A stretch of 64,000 bases of DNA from Promethearchaeati archaeon. GTDB taxonomy: Archaea; Asgardarchaeota; Heimdallarchaeia; Heimdallarchaeales; Heimdallarchaeaceae. The position numbers and the translations under genes were made by a program. Location of the stretch: NCBI GenBank assembly GCA_013166775.1, contig JABLTJ010000009.1:35931-99930 (forward strand), read 5' to 3'. The notes under the pieces were generated by a model. It had not been told where the DNA came from. It ran no database searches and saw only the letters and a program-made list of their open reading frames with translations. This document shows positions 9,215 through 18,152 of the stretch, one piece after another. Numbering within the stretch: position 1 is the first letter of the stretch; every line of letters begins with the position of its first letter.

Positions 9215-9301
9215 AGTTTAATCTTTTCTAACAAAATGACTTTAAGCGTAATAATTATATAATTCTAATTTATTTATCATGCAAATTTCTTGGTAATAAA
9301 A

Positions 9302-10120
9302 ATGATGACAACAACACAAGTATACGATAAATCATCTACTGATATGGTAAAATACAGTGCATTAATATTTGTCCTAGCACAAGCAGTGAGCTTTGGTATG
9401 GCTTTTATAGAATCTGACTATATTGGTCTAGTTGGAGATATAATTTATGCATTAGGATTATTCCTTCTCGGTACGGCTATACATAAAATTGGCATGTCTT
9501 TTCCAATTGCTAGAAGAGATGCGGATACAACAAAACAATGGTTGTATGTGTTCGGAGGTTCATTGCTTGTAGTTTACATCCCATTTGTAGGGCTTTTGGG
9601 TGCTATTGTAGCACTTGTTTCAAGCATTGTATGTTTTCTGAAATTAAATAATTTATTTAAGAAGATTACACAATCAGCTCCCCAACATGGACAGTTGGAT
9701 TCTTGGGTTTTTCCATTATATGCTTTCTATGGACTGATTGCAGGGGTAGCAATTTTCATAGCAGCATTAGCGATAGTCATCTCCGGATTAATAACTCTAG
9801 TATCTCTGTTTATTTTAGCTTTAGTTGTTGGGATTGGCGGAATATTATTGGCTTTAGGAGTAGCTTATGTTTTATATCAGAATTCTCTGAAACTGGAAAA
9901 CATAAGACAATCTATCGACTTTTCACAACTTGCCTCTACACCTGCACCAGGTGTTTATGCTCCAGCTACTACTCCAACTGTTTATACACCAGCTCAATCT
10001 CCAGTTCAAACCATACCACCGGAATCTGGTGAAGAAGCTACAAAATTCTGCTCAAATTGTGGATCTAGTATTATTGAATCTGATAAATTCTGTCCGAATT
10101 GTGGTGCAACGGTGAACTGA
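9302..10120 (+). CDS. Multi-pass membrane protein with a Pro/Thr-rich linker and C-terminal zinc ribbon
   Basis: ~6 TM segments; 'FCSNCG...FCPNCG'. Start probably ATG 9302 or 9305. Confidence 0.8.
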   Translation: MMTTTQVYDKSSTDMVKYSALIFVLAQAVSFGMAFIESDYIGLVGDIIYALGLFLLGTAIHKIGMSFPIARRDADTTKQWLYVFGGSLLVVYIPFVGLLGAIVALVSSIVCFLKLNNLFKKITQSAPQHGQLDSWVFPLYAFYGLIAGVAIFIAALAIVISGLITLVSLFILALVVGIGGILLALGVAYVLYQNSLKLENIRQSIDFSQLASTPAPGVYAPATTPTVYTPAQSPVQTIPPESGEEATKFCSNCGSSIIESDKFCPNCGATVN

Positions 10121-10133
10121 TCCACAGTAGTAT

Positions 10134-10565
10134 TTATTGCTCTAAAATTTGCCTTGCGAGATTGATTATCAGTCGACTTTCGTAATCGTATAGATCATAA
10201 AAATCTAAAGATCTACAAAACCACATCTTTAGATGATTCTTGGGGATAGGATCGAAGGTGAGTAAAAGAAACACTGCTTGGTAAGGGATTAGATGAGTGA
10301 GAGAAGGAAGATTATCTCTTAACTCCCATACATTATTAAATTTGTTCAAAGCTTTCCATTTCTCATCTTTGATGGAATAGAGATTAGCGAGATAAAGGTA
10401 AGGAAGAGCGGTTTCAGGATAATCGTTAATCAAATCCTTGAGAATAGTTACAGCAGGAGAGAGATGACCAGTCTGAATTGAATTAAGGGAAGTGTCAAGT
10501 AGAACTTGGTAAACCTCATCGATAGAGTCTGGTTGTTCCTCAACTATTATCCATGTCCTCAACAT
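10134..10565 (-). CDS. Small TPR-like protein
   Basis: 'AVTILKDLINDYPETALPYLYLANLY...KALNKF' helical-repeat pattern; start uncertain. Confidence 0.55.
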   Translation of the reverse strand: MLRTWIIVEEQPDSIDEVYQVLLDTSLNSIQTGHLSPAVTILKDLINDYPETALPYLYLANLYSIKDEKWKALNKFNNVWELRDNLPSLTHLIPYQAVFLLLTFDPIPKNHLKMWFCRSLDFYDLYDYESRLIINLARQILEQ

Positions 10566-10642
10566 GATTAGTTTCGGTACACTGAAAGCGAAAAAAGTAT
10601 TTAAGCACAAAGAAAAGTTTAGAATAATTCGGATAAGAAAAA

Positions 10643-10907
10643 GGATTTCTGCCTGAACAGGAAGGGGATTCTGACTCGATGCCTCTGGGGTTTTTTCATC
10701 CTTACGGATGATGGTTGGGGGTTCTGGCAGACAGAAGTTGTCTGTAAATCAGACACATCTGATTCTGGGGATTCGGGCTCAGGAGGTCTTAACTAAGCCC
10801 AATGGGGGTTCAAACCATCTAAAAAGGGGTTCAACCATAGTTCCCGAGATTTACCCTTGGGAAGGGTTGAAGCATCGGATTCTCTTCCTGTTCAGTTTGC
10901 AGTTTCC
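10643..10907 (-). ncRNA. Putative novel structured ncRNA (or DNA hairpin element) of unknown family; strand tentative
   Basis: GC-rich island. The ~40-nt termini pair (ctgaacaggaag/cttcctgttcag; cgatgc/gcatcg). At least five internal hairpins, one closing a GUAA GNRA loop on the minus strand. Minus-strand BRE/TATA at ~10961-10977 and a T-tract right after the 3' end. Confidence 0.65.
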
Positions 10908-10960
10908 TCTTAGATAGCCTTTTACTAAATAACCCCAACTATATTATTTTCTCTTTGAAA

Positions 10961-10977
10961 CTATATAAATGTTTTTC
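10961..10977 (-). promoter_or_regulatory. Candidate archaeal BRE-TATA promoter pointing into the structured element
   Basis: Minus strand gaaaaacaTTTATATAg, with no credible protein-coding start nearby downstream. Confidence 0.45.
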
Positions 10978-11093
10978 TGATTGTAACAGCACCCTCTACA
11001 ATCGACAAAAATCGCGTATTTCACTATTTTTAGCTTTAGAAGGATTTTAGCTATTCTGCGAGCTAATTTCACCTTTTTTCCAATTTAATTTGA

Positions 11094-11813
11094 TTAAAGA
11101 TGACTTTCTCTTGTTTTATTGAATGTTTCTTCTCTTACCATCCTATTGCTCTCATCTATTCTCCTTTGTATTGTAGATGAAACATTGTTGAACTGATTTT
11201 CATCAAATTCGAAATTGAATAGCTTTGATAATTCCAGTAAAATCTGTTTAGCTGCGTAATAACTTGCTACTCCCGGATCACATTCAGCCAATAGTGAGAA
11301 ACACCCATTGAATCCTTTTGAATCACATAATTCTAGTGTTTCTACTACAGTTCCGTATAATATTCCTTCATCCAGAATTTTGACACCATAGTTTGCTAGG
11401 AAAGTTAGCATTTCATCGTTTGTGGTAATCGCGAAACATCTGGCATCGTTTGCTGGATCTTTTAGTACGGGTAAACCTCCCACTGGAATGACATGTGATG
11501 CTCCTTGTTTAATATAATAATCTACTAGCGTTTTGAGAAAGTGTTGAGTGTTGCTGTAAGAGATAGGAATCTCGCATGACATTAGAGCAAGTTTTTCTGA
11601 TTGAAACAATCTTATTGGATGTTCGATTTTACCATCTTTGACTATTGCAACTGGAGGAATTGAGCTTGAATGAATTACTGCAACATGTTCCATCTCTAAT
11701 GCATCAATTAGGAATGCTGACAGTATTGTCCCTATTGCACCACTCCCACTAAAAGATTGAATTACGGGGATGTTTTTCAGGTTCACTTTTTTGATTTCTT
11801 TTATTCTGTCCAT
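11094..11813 (-). CDS. PAC2 family proteasome assembly chaperone (PbaA/PbaB-like)
   Basis: 'FSGSGAIGTI...LIDALEMEHVAVIHS..IPPVAIVKDG..HPIRLF', 'VGGLP'. Confidence 0.85.
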   Translation of the reverse strand: MDRIKEIKKVNLKNIPVIQSFSGSGAIGTILSAFLIDALEMEHVAVIHSSSIPPVAIVKDGKIEHPIRLFQSEKLALMSCEIPISYSNTQHFLKTLVDYYIKQGASHVIPVGGLPVLKDPANDARCFAITTNDEMLTFLANYGVKILDEGILYGTVVETLELCDSKGFNGCFSLLAECDPGVASYYAAKQILLELSKLFNFEFDENQFNNVSSTIQRRIDESNRMVREETFNKTRESHL

Positions 11814-13676
11814 TTATTTCACCTTTGATTTAGTTCTTTTCCTATTAATAACAAGTATTCCTGTAACTAAACTGAATGCTGTAATTGTGCTTACTAAACT
11901 GAAAGATGCTTCTGTTTCATAATCCTCTGGATTCGTTGAAACATTATATCCGGCTAAATTAAGATAATTAATTGCTTCAGTGATGCTATATGGATAAGTT
12001 GTTACACTTGGATTGTAGAAATCAGAGAAATATCTTGATATTGGAGTTTCCGTCACATTGAATTTATTATTATGGAAAACACTATCCATATATGGTTTAT
12101 CTACCATCGAAGCAAGAGCTCTTCTAATTGCTAATCCTTTTGAAACACCTTCTTCTTCTGTTGGGATATAATTGTTTGCCCCCCCGAAAATTTCATTATT
12201 CAGGTTGAAAGCAAGAAACACAAGGGAGTTTTCCAACCTAAATTGTGTTTTAAAATCAACAGTCTGATAAGAGACTTCTAAATCTGGATTCTTTCCAAAA
12301 TCTGCTATATCAATTACTCCTCCTTCCTTCAAATCAAAATTCATTGCTGTAGGATCTGCATATGATTTAAGCTCAACAAATTCAAATTCCAGATTTGTAG
12401 GTAGCCCATCTAAATAACCAACACCATGCCAATTGTCGTATTTTTTAAGCGTCACAGAGAAATCTATCTCTGCTTCGCTGGAATTAAATCTATATTTTCC
12501 AGTACCAAATGGTGATATAGCGAAATTTGCATATCTTACAGAGCTGATTATTTGAGATATTGTACTTTCTGTATTCAGATAATACTCTGGGTAAGGATAA
12601 ATTGATAGTTCTTCCAATGCAAATGCATATGGTTCTTTTTCTTCTGTGCTAGGATCTGAATCTATGAATATTTTGATACTCGACGTTCCATTAGTTTCAT
12701 ATGATTCAATCCAGTCAAAAATTTCATAATTATTATTTGCATCAGGGTTTGTATACATATCCAAAGTAAAAATCACATCATCCACAGTTAACAATTCCCC
12801 AGTAAATAGTTCATCATTATCTGGTTGCCATTCTACTCCATCTCTAACATGTAGTATGAGCGTTGTGTCATTTTCAAATATCCAATCATCAATAAGACCA
12901 CGTTTAATAGGAGAATTTTTCTCATCTAATTCGATTAGTTTATCCATAACAAGAGAAAGAACTACTTTTTCTCCTCGTTTTATTGCTTTTATTGGACTAA
13001 AATTTTCCCACTCTGAGGTTCCAATTTTTAACATTGTATTTGATTCTTGTCCATCATGCAGTCCATCAAAAATCATATATGGAATACTATGGGAGAAATC
13101 CAGAACTGATGAAAAATTCTTTAAATTATCATAATATGCGAAAAATCTTGCAGGGGTATAAAGTGGAACCATTAATAGAATGTCTTTCATTAGATGTTCC
13201 TGCAAATCGTATAAATAATCTTGTCTTGCATTGAAATTCATTTCTTGCGTAATATTGGTTATATAACTTGCAGTTGTCCCATTATCCAGCACATTCTCAA
13301 AATTGAAAATATTCAAGAAAGAATCTTCTTTGAAAAAGAGATCGAGAATCGGAGAATTTTCCCCTTCTATTTCAAGTATAGCAAGATCAAAGTCCTTGTT
13401 TTCTACTACTTTATTCAAAAATACACTATATTCAGTTAGGTAATCTTTTACTTCAATCCCTATTTCTCTTATACTCTGAATTATCGAAGTTGCATAACCC
13501 AGGTAATATAATCTTTCAGTTCCTTTTGTATAAAAACGAAGAGAAGTTGTAAATACCCTTCCTGTATCGCTTGGTTCAGGTCTGAATAATATCACTACAA
13601 ATATTGATGTAATAAGTAGAAGTCCAATTAGGATATAGATTAATTTTCGATTAAATGCTTTGTCTGTCTTACTCAT
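11814..13676 (-). CDS. ABC transporter substrate-binding protein, family 5-like (oligopeptide), membrane anchored
   Basis: 'LHVRDGVEW', 'LTVDDVIFTL', 'PFGTGKY', 'AIRRALASMVDK'; N- and C-terminal TM segments. Confidence 0.85.
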   Translation of the reverse strand: MSKTDKAFNRKLIYILIGLLLITSIFVVILFRPEPSDTGRVFTTSLRFYTKGTERLYYLGYATSIIQSIREIGIEVKDYLTEYSVFLNKVVENKDFDLAILEIEGENSPILDLFFKEDSFLNIFNFENVLDNGTTASYITNITQEMNFNARQDYLYDLQEHLMKDILLMVPLYTPARFFAYYDNLKNFSSVLDFSHSIPYMIFDGLHDGQESNTMLKIGTSEWENFSPIKAIKRGEKVVLSLVMDKLIELDEKNSPIKRGLIDDWIFENDTTLILHVRDGVEWQPDNDELFTGELLTVDDVIFTLDMYTNPDANNNYEIFDWIESYETNGTSSIKIFIDSDPSTEEKEPYAFALEELSIYPYPEYYLNTESTISQIISSVRYANFAISPFGTGKYRFNSSEAEIDFSVTLKKYDNWHGVGYLDGLPTNLEFEFVELKSYADPTAMNFDLKEGGVIDIADFGKNPDLEVSYQTVDFKTQFRLENSLVFLAFNLNNEIFGGANNYIPTEEEGVSKGLAIRRALASMVDKPYMDSVFHNNKFNVTETPISRYFSDFYNPSVTTYPYSITEAINYLNLAGYNVSTNPEDYETEASFSLVSTITAFSLVTGILVINRKRTKSKVK

Positions 13677-13717
13677 TCTTCCTTACCATCTTTTCAAATG
13701 TAAAGAGATTTATTAAC

Positions 13718-15898
13718 TTAATTTTCTTTCTCTTTCTGACTTTTCTCTAATTTCTTTCTCCCAACTCTCATAGCATTAAGAATTACTAACAATGAAGCGC
13801 CCATATCTCCAAAAAGTACAGCTAGCCATAATAACGAGTCCCCAAAGAATGTTTTTACTGCTATAAATGCTATACTCAGAAAGACCAAAATAAAGAATAT
13901 GAACTTGATAAACAATGATAGAAAAATATTGGTTTGTATTGTTCTTTTTGTTTGTTTACCTAATCTGAAAAGATAAGGGAGACTAAACAAATTATCCGAA
14001 GATAGAACAATATCAGCTGTTTCAATAGCAATAGCTGTTCCAGCCGCTCCCATTGCAATTCCAACATCTGATAAAGCCAATGCTGGTGCATCATTTATAC
14101 CATCACCAACCATTGCAACTAGCTCGTATTTTTCTTTAAGACGCTTCACAGAATCAACTTTTTCTTCTGGTAAAAGTTCAGCTTCATATGAGATACCTAA
14201 TTCTTCTGCTATTTTATTTGCGACAGCTTCATTATCTCCTGTTAACATGATTATGTCTTTTACACCAGTTTTCTTTAGAGAAGATATCGCATCTTTTGTT
14301 TCAGGTCTTAACTCATCTGACATATGTATATGCGCTATAACAGATTTATCCTCAACAACATAACTAACGATACTTTCTGTTTCTTCGCATTCAAGATCAT
14401 AAGCTTCAAATCCTAAAGCTTCGTTAACAAGTGCTTCACTCCCAATGTAGTAAACTTTACCTTTCCTTGAACCTTTGATTCCTTTTCCAGGAAGTATCTT
14501 TACATCCTTATATCCAAGTCCTCTAGTTCCATGTTCTTTTCCGTAATTTACTATAGCTTCCGCAATCTTATGCTCTGAATGTGATTCAAGACTGGATGCT
14601 ATTTCTATAATTGTGTTTTCAGAGTATCCTTCCAGAGCTTCTATTTTGTATACTTTAAGGTTACCTGTGGAAAGAGTGCCTGTTTTATCCATACCGACGG
14701 CATTAACAGAAGATAATACTTCCAGATATTTACCTCCCTTTACTAAAACACCCTTTTTTGAAGCTCTTGTAATTGCTGTTACTACAGTTATTGGTGTTGA
14801 AAGTACTAATGCACATGGACATGAAATAACTAGAATTACTAAGCTCTGATATAACCAAGATCTCAATATTTCCAAGTCAATAGGAATGTTCATGAAAATG
14901 CCTGGTATCAAGAATACAGAGAGAGCTATAATTACCATTGCGGGTGTATAAAATTTGGCAAATTTCTGAATAAATTGTTCTTGTTTAGATTTTTGTTGTT
15001 CTGCTTTTTCTATTAGTTGCCTTATCCTTGCAACAGTGCTTTCCTCAGGCATCTGAGTTACTCTAATTATTATGTAACCATCAATATTAATTGAGCCAGA
15101 GAAGACTTTATCTCCCACTTCCTTGTAGATTGGTGTAGACTCTCCAGTTATAGGACTCTGATCAACATAGGATTTTCCCCAATCTAGTTTCCCATCTATG
15201 GGTATTCTTCCTCCTGGTTTTATACTAACTCTATCACCTACAACTAAATCTCCTATTGGAACTTCTTCGTGTTTTCTACCTTTTATTAATTTAATAGCGG
15301 TTGGAGGAGTTAAATCCATTAATTCTCGAATAGATTGTCTTGCTTTATCCATAGAAAAAGCTTCTAGCAATTCTGCTAAAGTAAATAGAACAATAATCTC
15401 TGCAGCTTCTTCCCAATATTGAATACTCATTGCTCCAATAACAGCTATAACCATTAGAAGGTCTATATCTATAGTTCTTGCTTTAAGAGAAGCAAACGCT
15501 TTAAGATAAATAGGTATTCCACCAACTGTTATAACTGGGATGTAAAAAATCAACACTAAGTAAGTGTCATCAAAATAAAGATAATCCATAAGCAATGCAA
15601 TTATTAGAAAAAATGTGCCAATCAAGAAGAATAAAAGATTTTTATTATGTTTGATGTTAAAGAAAGATTTCCGCTCATATGCACTACTGAAACCATATCC
15701 TGTTTTCTTTATTGTATCTATGATTTCTTTTTCCGAAACTTCATCTTCATTATATTTAACGATAAGTTTCGTTGAAACAAGATTTAAAGTAACATCTTCA
15801 ATGCCTGTTATACTCTCAATACTCTTAGTGACTTTAGCTAGACAATTAGCACAGTCCATTCCAGTCACTACTCCCTTTAATTCAGACATTTTTATCAA
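13718..15898 (-). CDS. Heavy-metal-translocating P1B-type ATPase (ZntA/CadA-like)
   Basis: HMA 'GMDCANC', TGES, 'SCPCAL', DKTGT, 'GDGINDAPAL'. Confidence 0.93.
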   Translation of the reverse strand: MIKMSELKGVVTGMDCANCLAKVTKSIESITGIEDVTLNLVSTKLIVKYNEDEVSEKEIIDTIKKTGYGFSSAYERKSFFNIKHNKNLLFFLIGTFFLIIALLMDYLYFDDTYLVLIFYIPVITVGGIPIYLKAFASLKARTIDIDLLMVIAVIGAMSIQYWEEAAEIIVLFTLAELLEAFSMDKARQSIRELMDLTPPTAIKLIKGRKHEEVPIGDLVVGDRVSIKPGGRIPIDGKLDWGKSYVDQSPITGESTPIYKEVGDKVFSGSINIDGYIIIRVTQMPEESTVARIRQLIEKAEQQKSKQEQFIQKFAKFYTPAMVIIALSVFLIPGIFMNIPIDLEILRSWLYQSLVILVISCPCALVLSTPITVVTAITRASKKGVLVKGGKYLEVLSSVNAVGMDKTGTLSTGNLKVYKIEALEGYSENTIIEIASSLESHSEHKIAEAIVNYGKEHGTRGLGYKDVKILPGKGIKGSRKGKVYYIGSEALVNEALGFEAYDLECEETESIVSYVVEDKSVIAHIHMSDELRPETKDAISSLKKTGVKDIIMLTGDNEAVANKIAEELGISYEAELLPEEKVDSVKRLKEKYELVAMVGDGINDAPALALSDVGIAMGAAGTAIAIETADIVLSSDNLFSLPYLFRLGKQTKRTIQTNIFLSLFIKFIFFILVFLSIAFIAVKTFFGDSLLWLAVLFGDMGASLLVILNAMRVGRKKLEKSQKEKEN

Positions 15899-16015
15899 TT
15901 CAATTTAATAGGAAGAACTATTAAGAATTCTTATTAGTCAAAATTCAATCTACTAAGAAATATCACTAGCCACTACTACTCGAGTTAATAAAAATGGAAA
16001 AAAATGGAAAAACTT

Positions 16016-16357
16016 CTAAAGCTTATCTAATTTCTGCAATTTCAGCGTCTCTGGCATTGTGGCTTTTATTTTCAGTTTCTTTTGTTGATAAGCTTTAAAA
16101 CCACTTATTTCACCACGATTAAGTTTTAGAAAAGTATCTGTACTCATCGAGTACATAATATCTGGGTCATCAAGTTTTTCTTTCACAATTGGTTGTGGTA
16201 TTCCTTTTATCAACTCTATTACATAATACTCGTCAATATCTGTAAAATGATACTGAAGTTTCTTAGTCCAGGTTTTAAAGAATTTTGCAACCTTTTCATG
16301 AGTGTATTTGTCCTTTTGTTTTTCTAGTGTTTCAAGTACTTCGTCCATGTTCACCAT
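16016..16357 (-). CDS. SCP2 (sterol carrier protein 2-like) lipid-binding domain protein
   Basis: 'PDIMYSMSTDTFLKLNRGEISGFKAYQQKKLKIK' matches the SCP2 pattern. Confidence 0.75.
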   Translation of the reverse strand: MVNMDEVLETLEKQKDKYTHEKVAKFFKTWTKKLQYHFTDIDEYYVIELIKGIPQPIVKEKLDDPDIMYSMSTDTFLKLNRGEISGFKAYQQKKLKIKATMPETLKLQKLDKL

Positions 16358-16372
16358 ATATTACACCTTAAC

Positions 16373-16633
16373 TTATCCGTAGCTGAAACGAACTCCAGTT
16401 CCACCTTTTGGTTCACTGAAGAAAACTGCGTCATATTCACAGGCATTCCAGCAAGCTCCACATTCTACACACTGTTTGAGGTTTACTGGCCGATATATTT
16501 TTCCGTCTGGTTGCCAAACATCTCTTGTACAGAATTTTGCACAATCACCACAACCAACACAATTATCTTCTAACACTTTAATGAATTCTCCAGTATCTCC
16601 TGGATAGTAATCTACTTTCATTTCTACCTTCAT
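16373..16633 (-). CDS. 2x[4Fe-4S] ferredoxin (FixX-like)
   Basis: Two CxxCxxCxxxC motifs; C-terminal 'PKGGTGVRFSYG' is typical of FixX. Confidence 0.88.
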   Translation of the reverse strand: MKVEMKVDYYPGDTGEFIKVLEDNCVGCGDCAKFCTRDVWQPDGKIYRPVNLKQCVECGACWNACEYDAVFFSEPKGGTGVRFSYG

Positions 16634-17931
16634 TTTCTTTGCCTCTCTTTGACTAATATTTCGAAATCCGGATCGACTTTAGCATAGGGTTGGATTAACT
16701 CTAGAAAATCATAAGCTTCTTGTATCAATTCGAAGTTTTCATCTTCTACACCCTTCATCCATTTACTGTGAATAGCGTTTGAAATAAAACCACCACCCAT
16801 GATTACTTGTTGCATCATTTGGGTAATTTCTTCATCAGTTTTTGTTAAAATCGATTCTTTATTTACAGCTGCGATATAACGAAATGCTTGCATGAAGAAG
16901 TTTTCACCAATAAGCTCGTCATATCTTTCTGATAATTTTGATTCTGAATAATCTCCAGCTTCAATTGCTTCAGCTGCAGCTGTAGCAGCATATATACCAG
17001 TAAAGAATGCTTCTGGCATTCCTTCTCCTAAGAATGGAATAACAAATCCTCCTGCTTCTCCTGTAAGGATTAAACCGTTTCTTACTCTCCTTTCAATAGC
17101 TTCGTCATATTCCAAATGTAATCCCCAAGAGGTTATCTCTCCTCCTTCCAGCTTCTTCTTAACCACTGGAAGATTGAGGAAATTGTCCATGTATTTATTC
17201 ACGTTTGGAAATTCATCATTGATGAGATTTTCATCCATATATCCCCCAGTTCCTACAGTAACAGTATCTTTCTTAGGGAATATCCAAGGCCAAGTTTTAT
17301 GTTGAATTCCTGGGGATAAATAATATTCTATACAATCACCAAATCTCTCATTAATTACTTCTTCTCCTAATTTAACTGCAACTGTAACATAAAGGATCAT
17401 ATTCTGACCTTTTCGTTTAGGTATTAAACCAGCTTTTCTACCCACAATTGAATTCACACCTGCTGCATCAATGATTACTTTTCCGTAGAATTTTTCTCCA
17501 GAATCAGTCACAACTCCTTTGATATAATCATTTTCTTCTATAATATCCAGCACAGTTGTTGAAAGTTTGACTTCAGCTCCTGCTTTTCTAGCTTCTTCTG
17601 TATGCCAGGAATCTAGATGGTCTCTTCTGACCGAAAGCAATAAAATCCCTTCTGAAGGTATTTCATGAAAAACTGTTGTTCTTTCGCTATTGATATGAAA
17701 AGTTCTCATTTCTCTAATTTTTCTTTCAATAGGACATTCAGCAATATAGTGCAAATCTGGATCGAGTATAGCAGCACCATTTAAACAAGTTCCAGAAACA
17801 TTTTTTTCACCTGGAACTTGGGATTTCTCAAGAAGTAGTACTTTCATGCCAAGTTCTGCAGCTTTTTTAGCTGCTGCAGGACCTGCACATCCAGCACCAA
17901 CGACTATGATATCATACTCATTATTACTCAT
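16630..17931 (-). CDS. FAD-dependent oxidoreductase, FixC / geranylgeranyl reductase family
   Basis: 'IIVVGAGCAG', 'EKSQVPGEKNVSG', 'WIFPK', 'GEAGGFV.PFLGEGM'; overlaps the ferredoxin start (ATGA). Confidence 0.85.
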   Translation of the reverse strand: MSNNEYDIIVVGAGCAGPAAAKKAAELGMKVLLLEKSQVPGEKNVSGTCLNGAAILDPDLHYIAECPIERKIREMRTFHINSERTTVFHEIPSEGILLLSVRRDHLDSWHTEEARKAGAEVKLSTTVLDIIEENDYIKGVVTDSGEKFYGKVIIDAAGVNSIVGRKAGLIPKRKGQNMILYVTVAVKLGEEVINERFGDCIEYYLSPGIQHKTWPWIFPKKDTVTVGTGGYMDENLINDEFPNVNKYMDNFLNLPVVKKKLEGGEITSWGLHLEYDEAIERRVRNGLILTGEAGGFVIPFLGEGMPEAFFTGIYAATAAAEAIEAGDYSESKLSERYDELIGENFFMQAFRYIAAVNKESILTKTDEEITQMMQQVIMGGGFISNAIHSKWMKGVEDENFELIQEAYDFLELIQPYAKVDPDFEILVKERQRK

Positions 17932-18152
17932 TTATAGTTCCTCCTTGAACACCAACAACGATAAAACAAACAATAAACTAGTTTCTATTCGTTATTGCTT
18001 CAGACAAGCCTCACTCTTATTGTGCTAATTTTAAATTTTTACTCGTAATTGCTAACATGTCTTTAGAAACGTAATTCTAACAAAATCTAAATAGATTCTG
18101 AAGGAGGTAGTTGAATAGAAAAATAAAAATAATAATTCTATTCAGAAACCTC

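Noticed and set aside
3825-10690. CRISPR array interpretation of the ~35-nt direct repeats
   Set aside because: Intervals are 0.85-1.9 kb and contain whole genes, repeat lengths are ragged, and there are no cas genes.
3825-10690. Classical integron attC sites
   Set aside because: The copies are single arms without the R''/R' (RYYYAAC...GTTRRRY) palindromic structure, genes are in both orientations, and no intI is visible.
10708-10917. 69-aa ORF across the structured element
   Set aside because: Atypical composition; better explained as a chance ORF in GC-rich structured sequence.
10643-10940. SRP (7S) RNA, suggested by the ~300-nt size and nearby secY
   Set aside because: No helix-8 CAGG-(GNRA)-AGCA motif or Alu UGUNR motif on either strand.
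10643-10940. RNase P RNA (GAGGAAAC present on the minus strand) or tmRNA/tRNA (GGGGATTC, GGTTCAA motifs)
   Set aside because: No matching 3' P4 strand (ACAGAA...GCUUA), no cloverleaf or acceptor/CCA geometry; only short chance-level similarities. An Rfam search is still advisable.
10930-10940. AACCCCAAC resembling a ciliate telomerase template
   Set aside because: Nine-nucleotide similarity only; no reverse transcriptase in the window.
10643-10980. Replication origin (G-strings resembling ORB elements)
   Set aside because: No TCCA..GAAA ORB core, no cdc6/orc1 neighbour, and the region is GC-rich and hairpin-rich rather than an AT-rich unwinding element.
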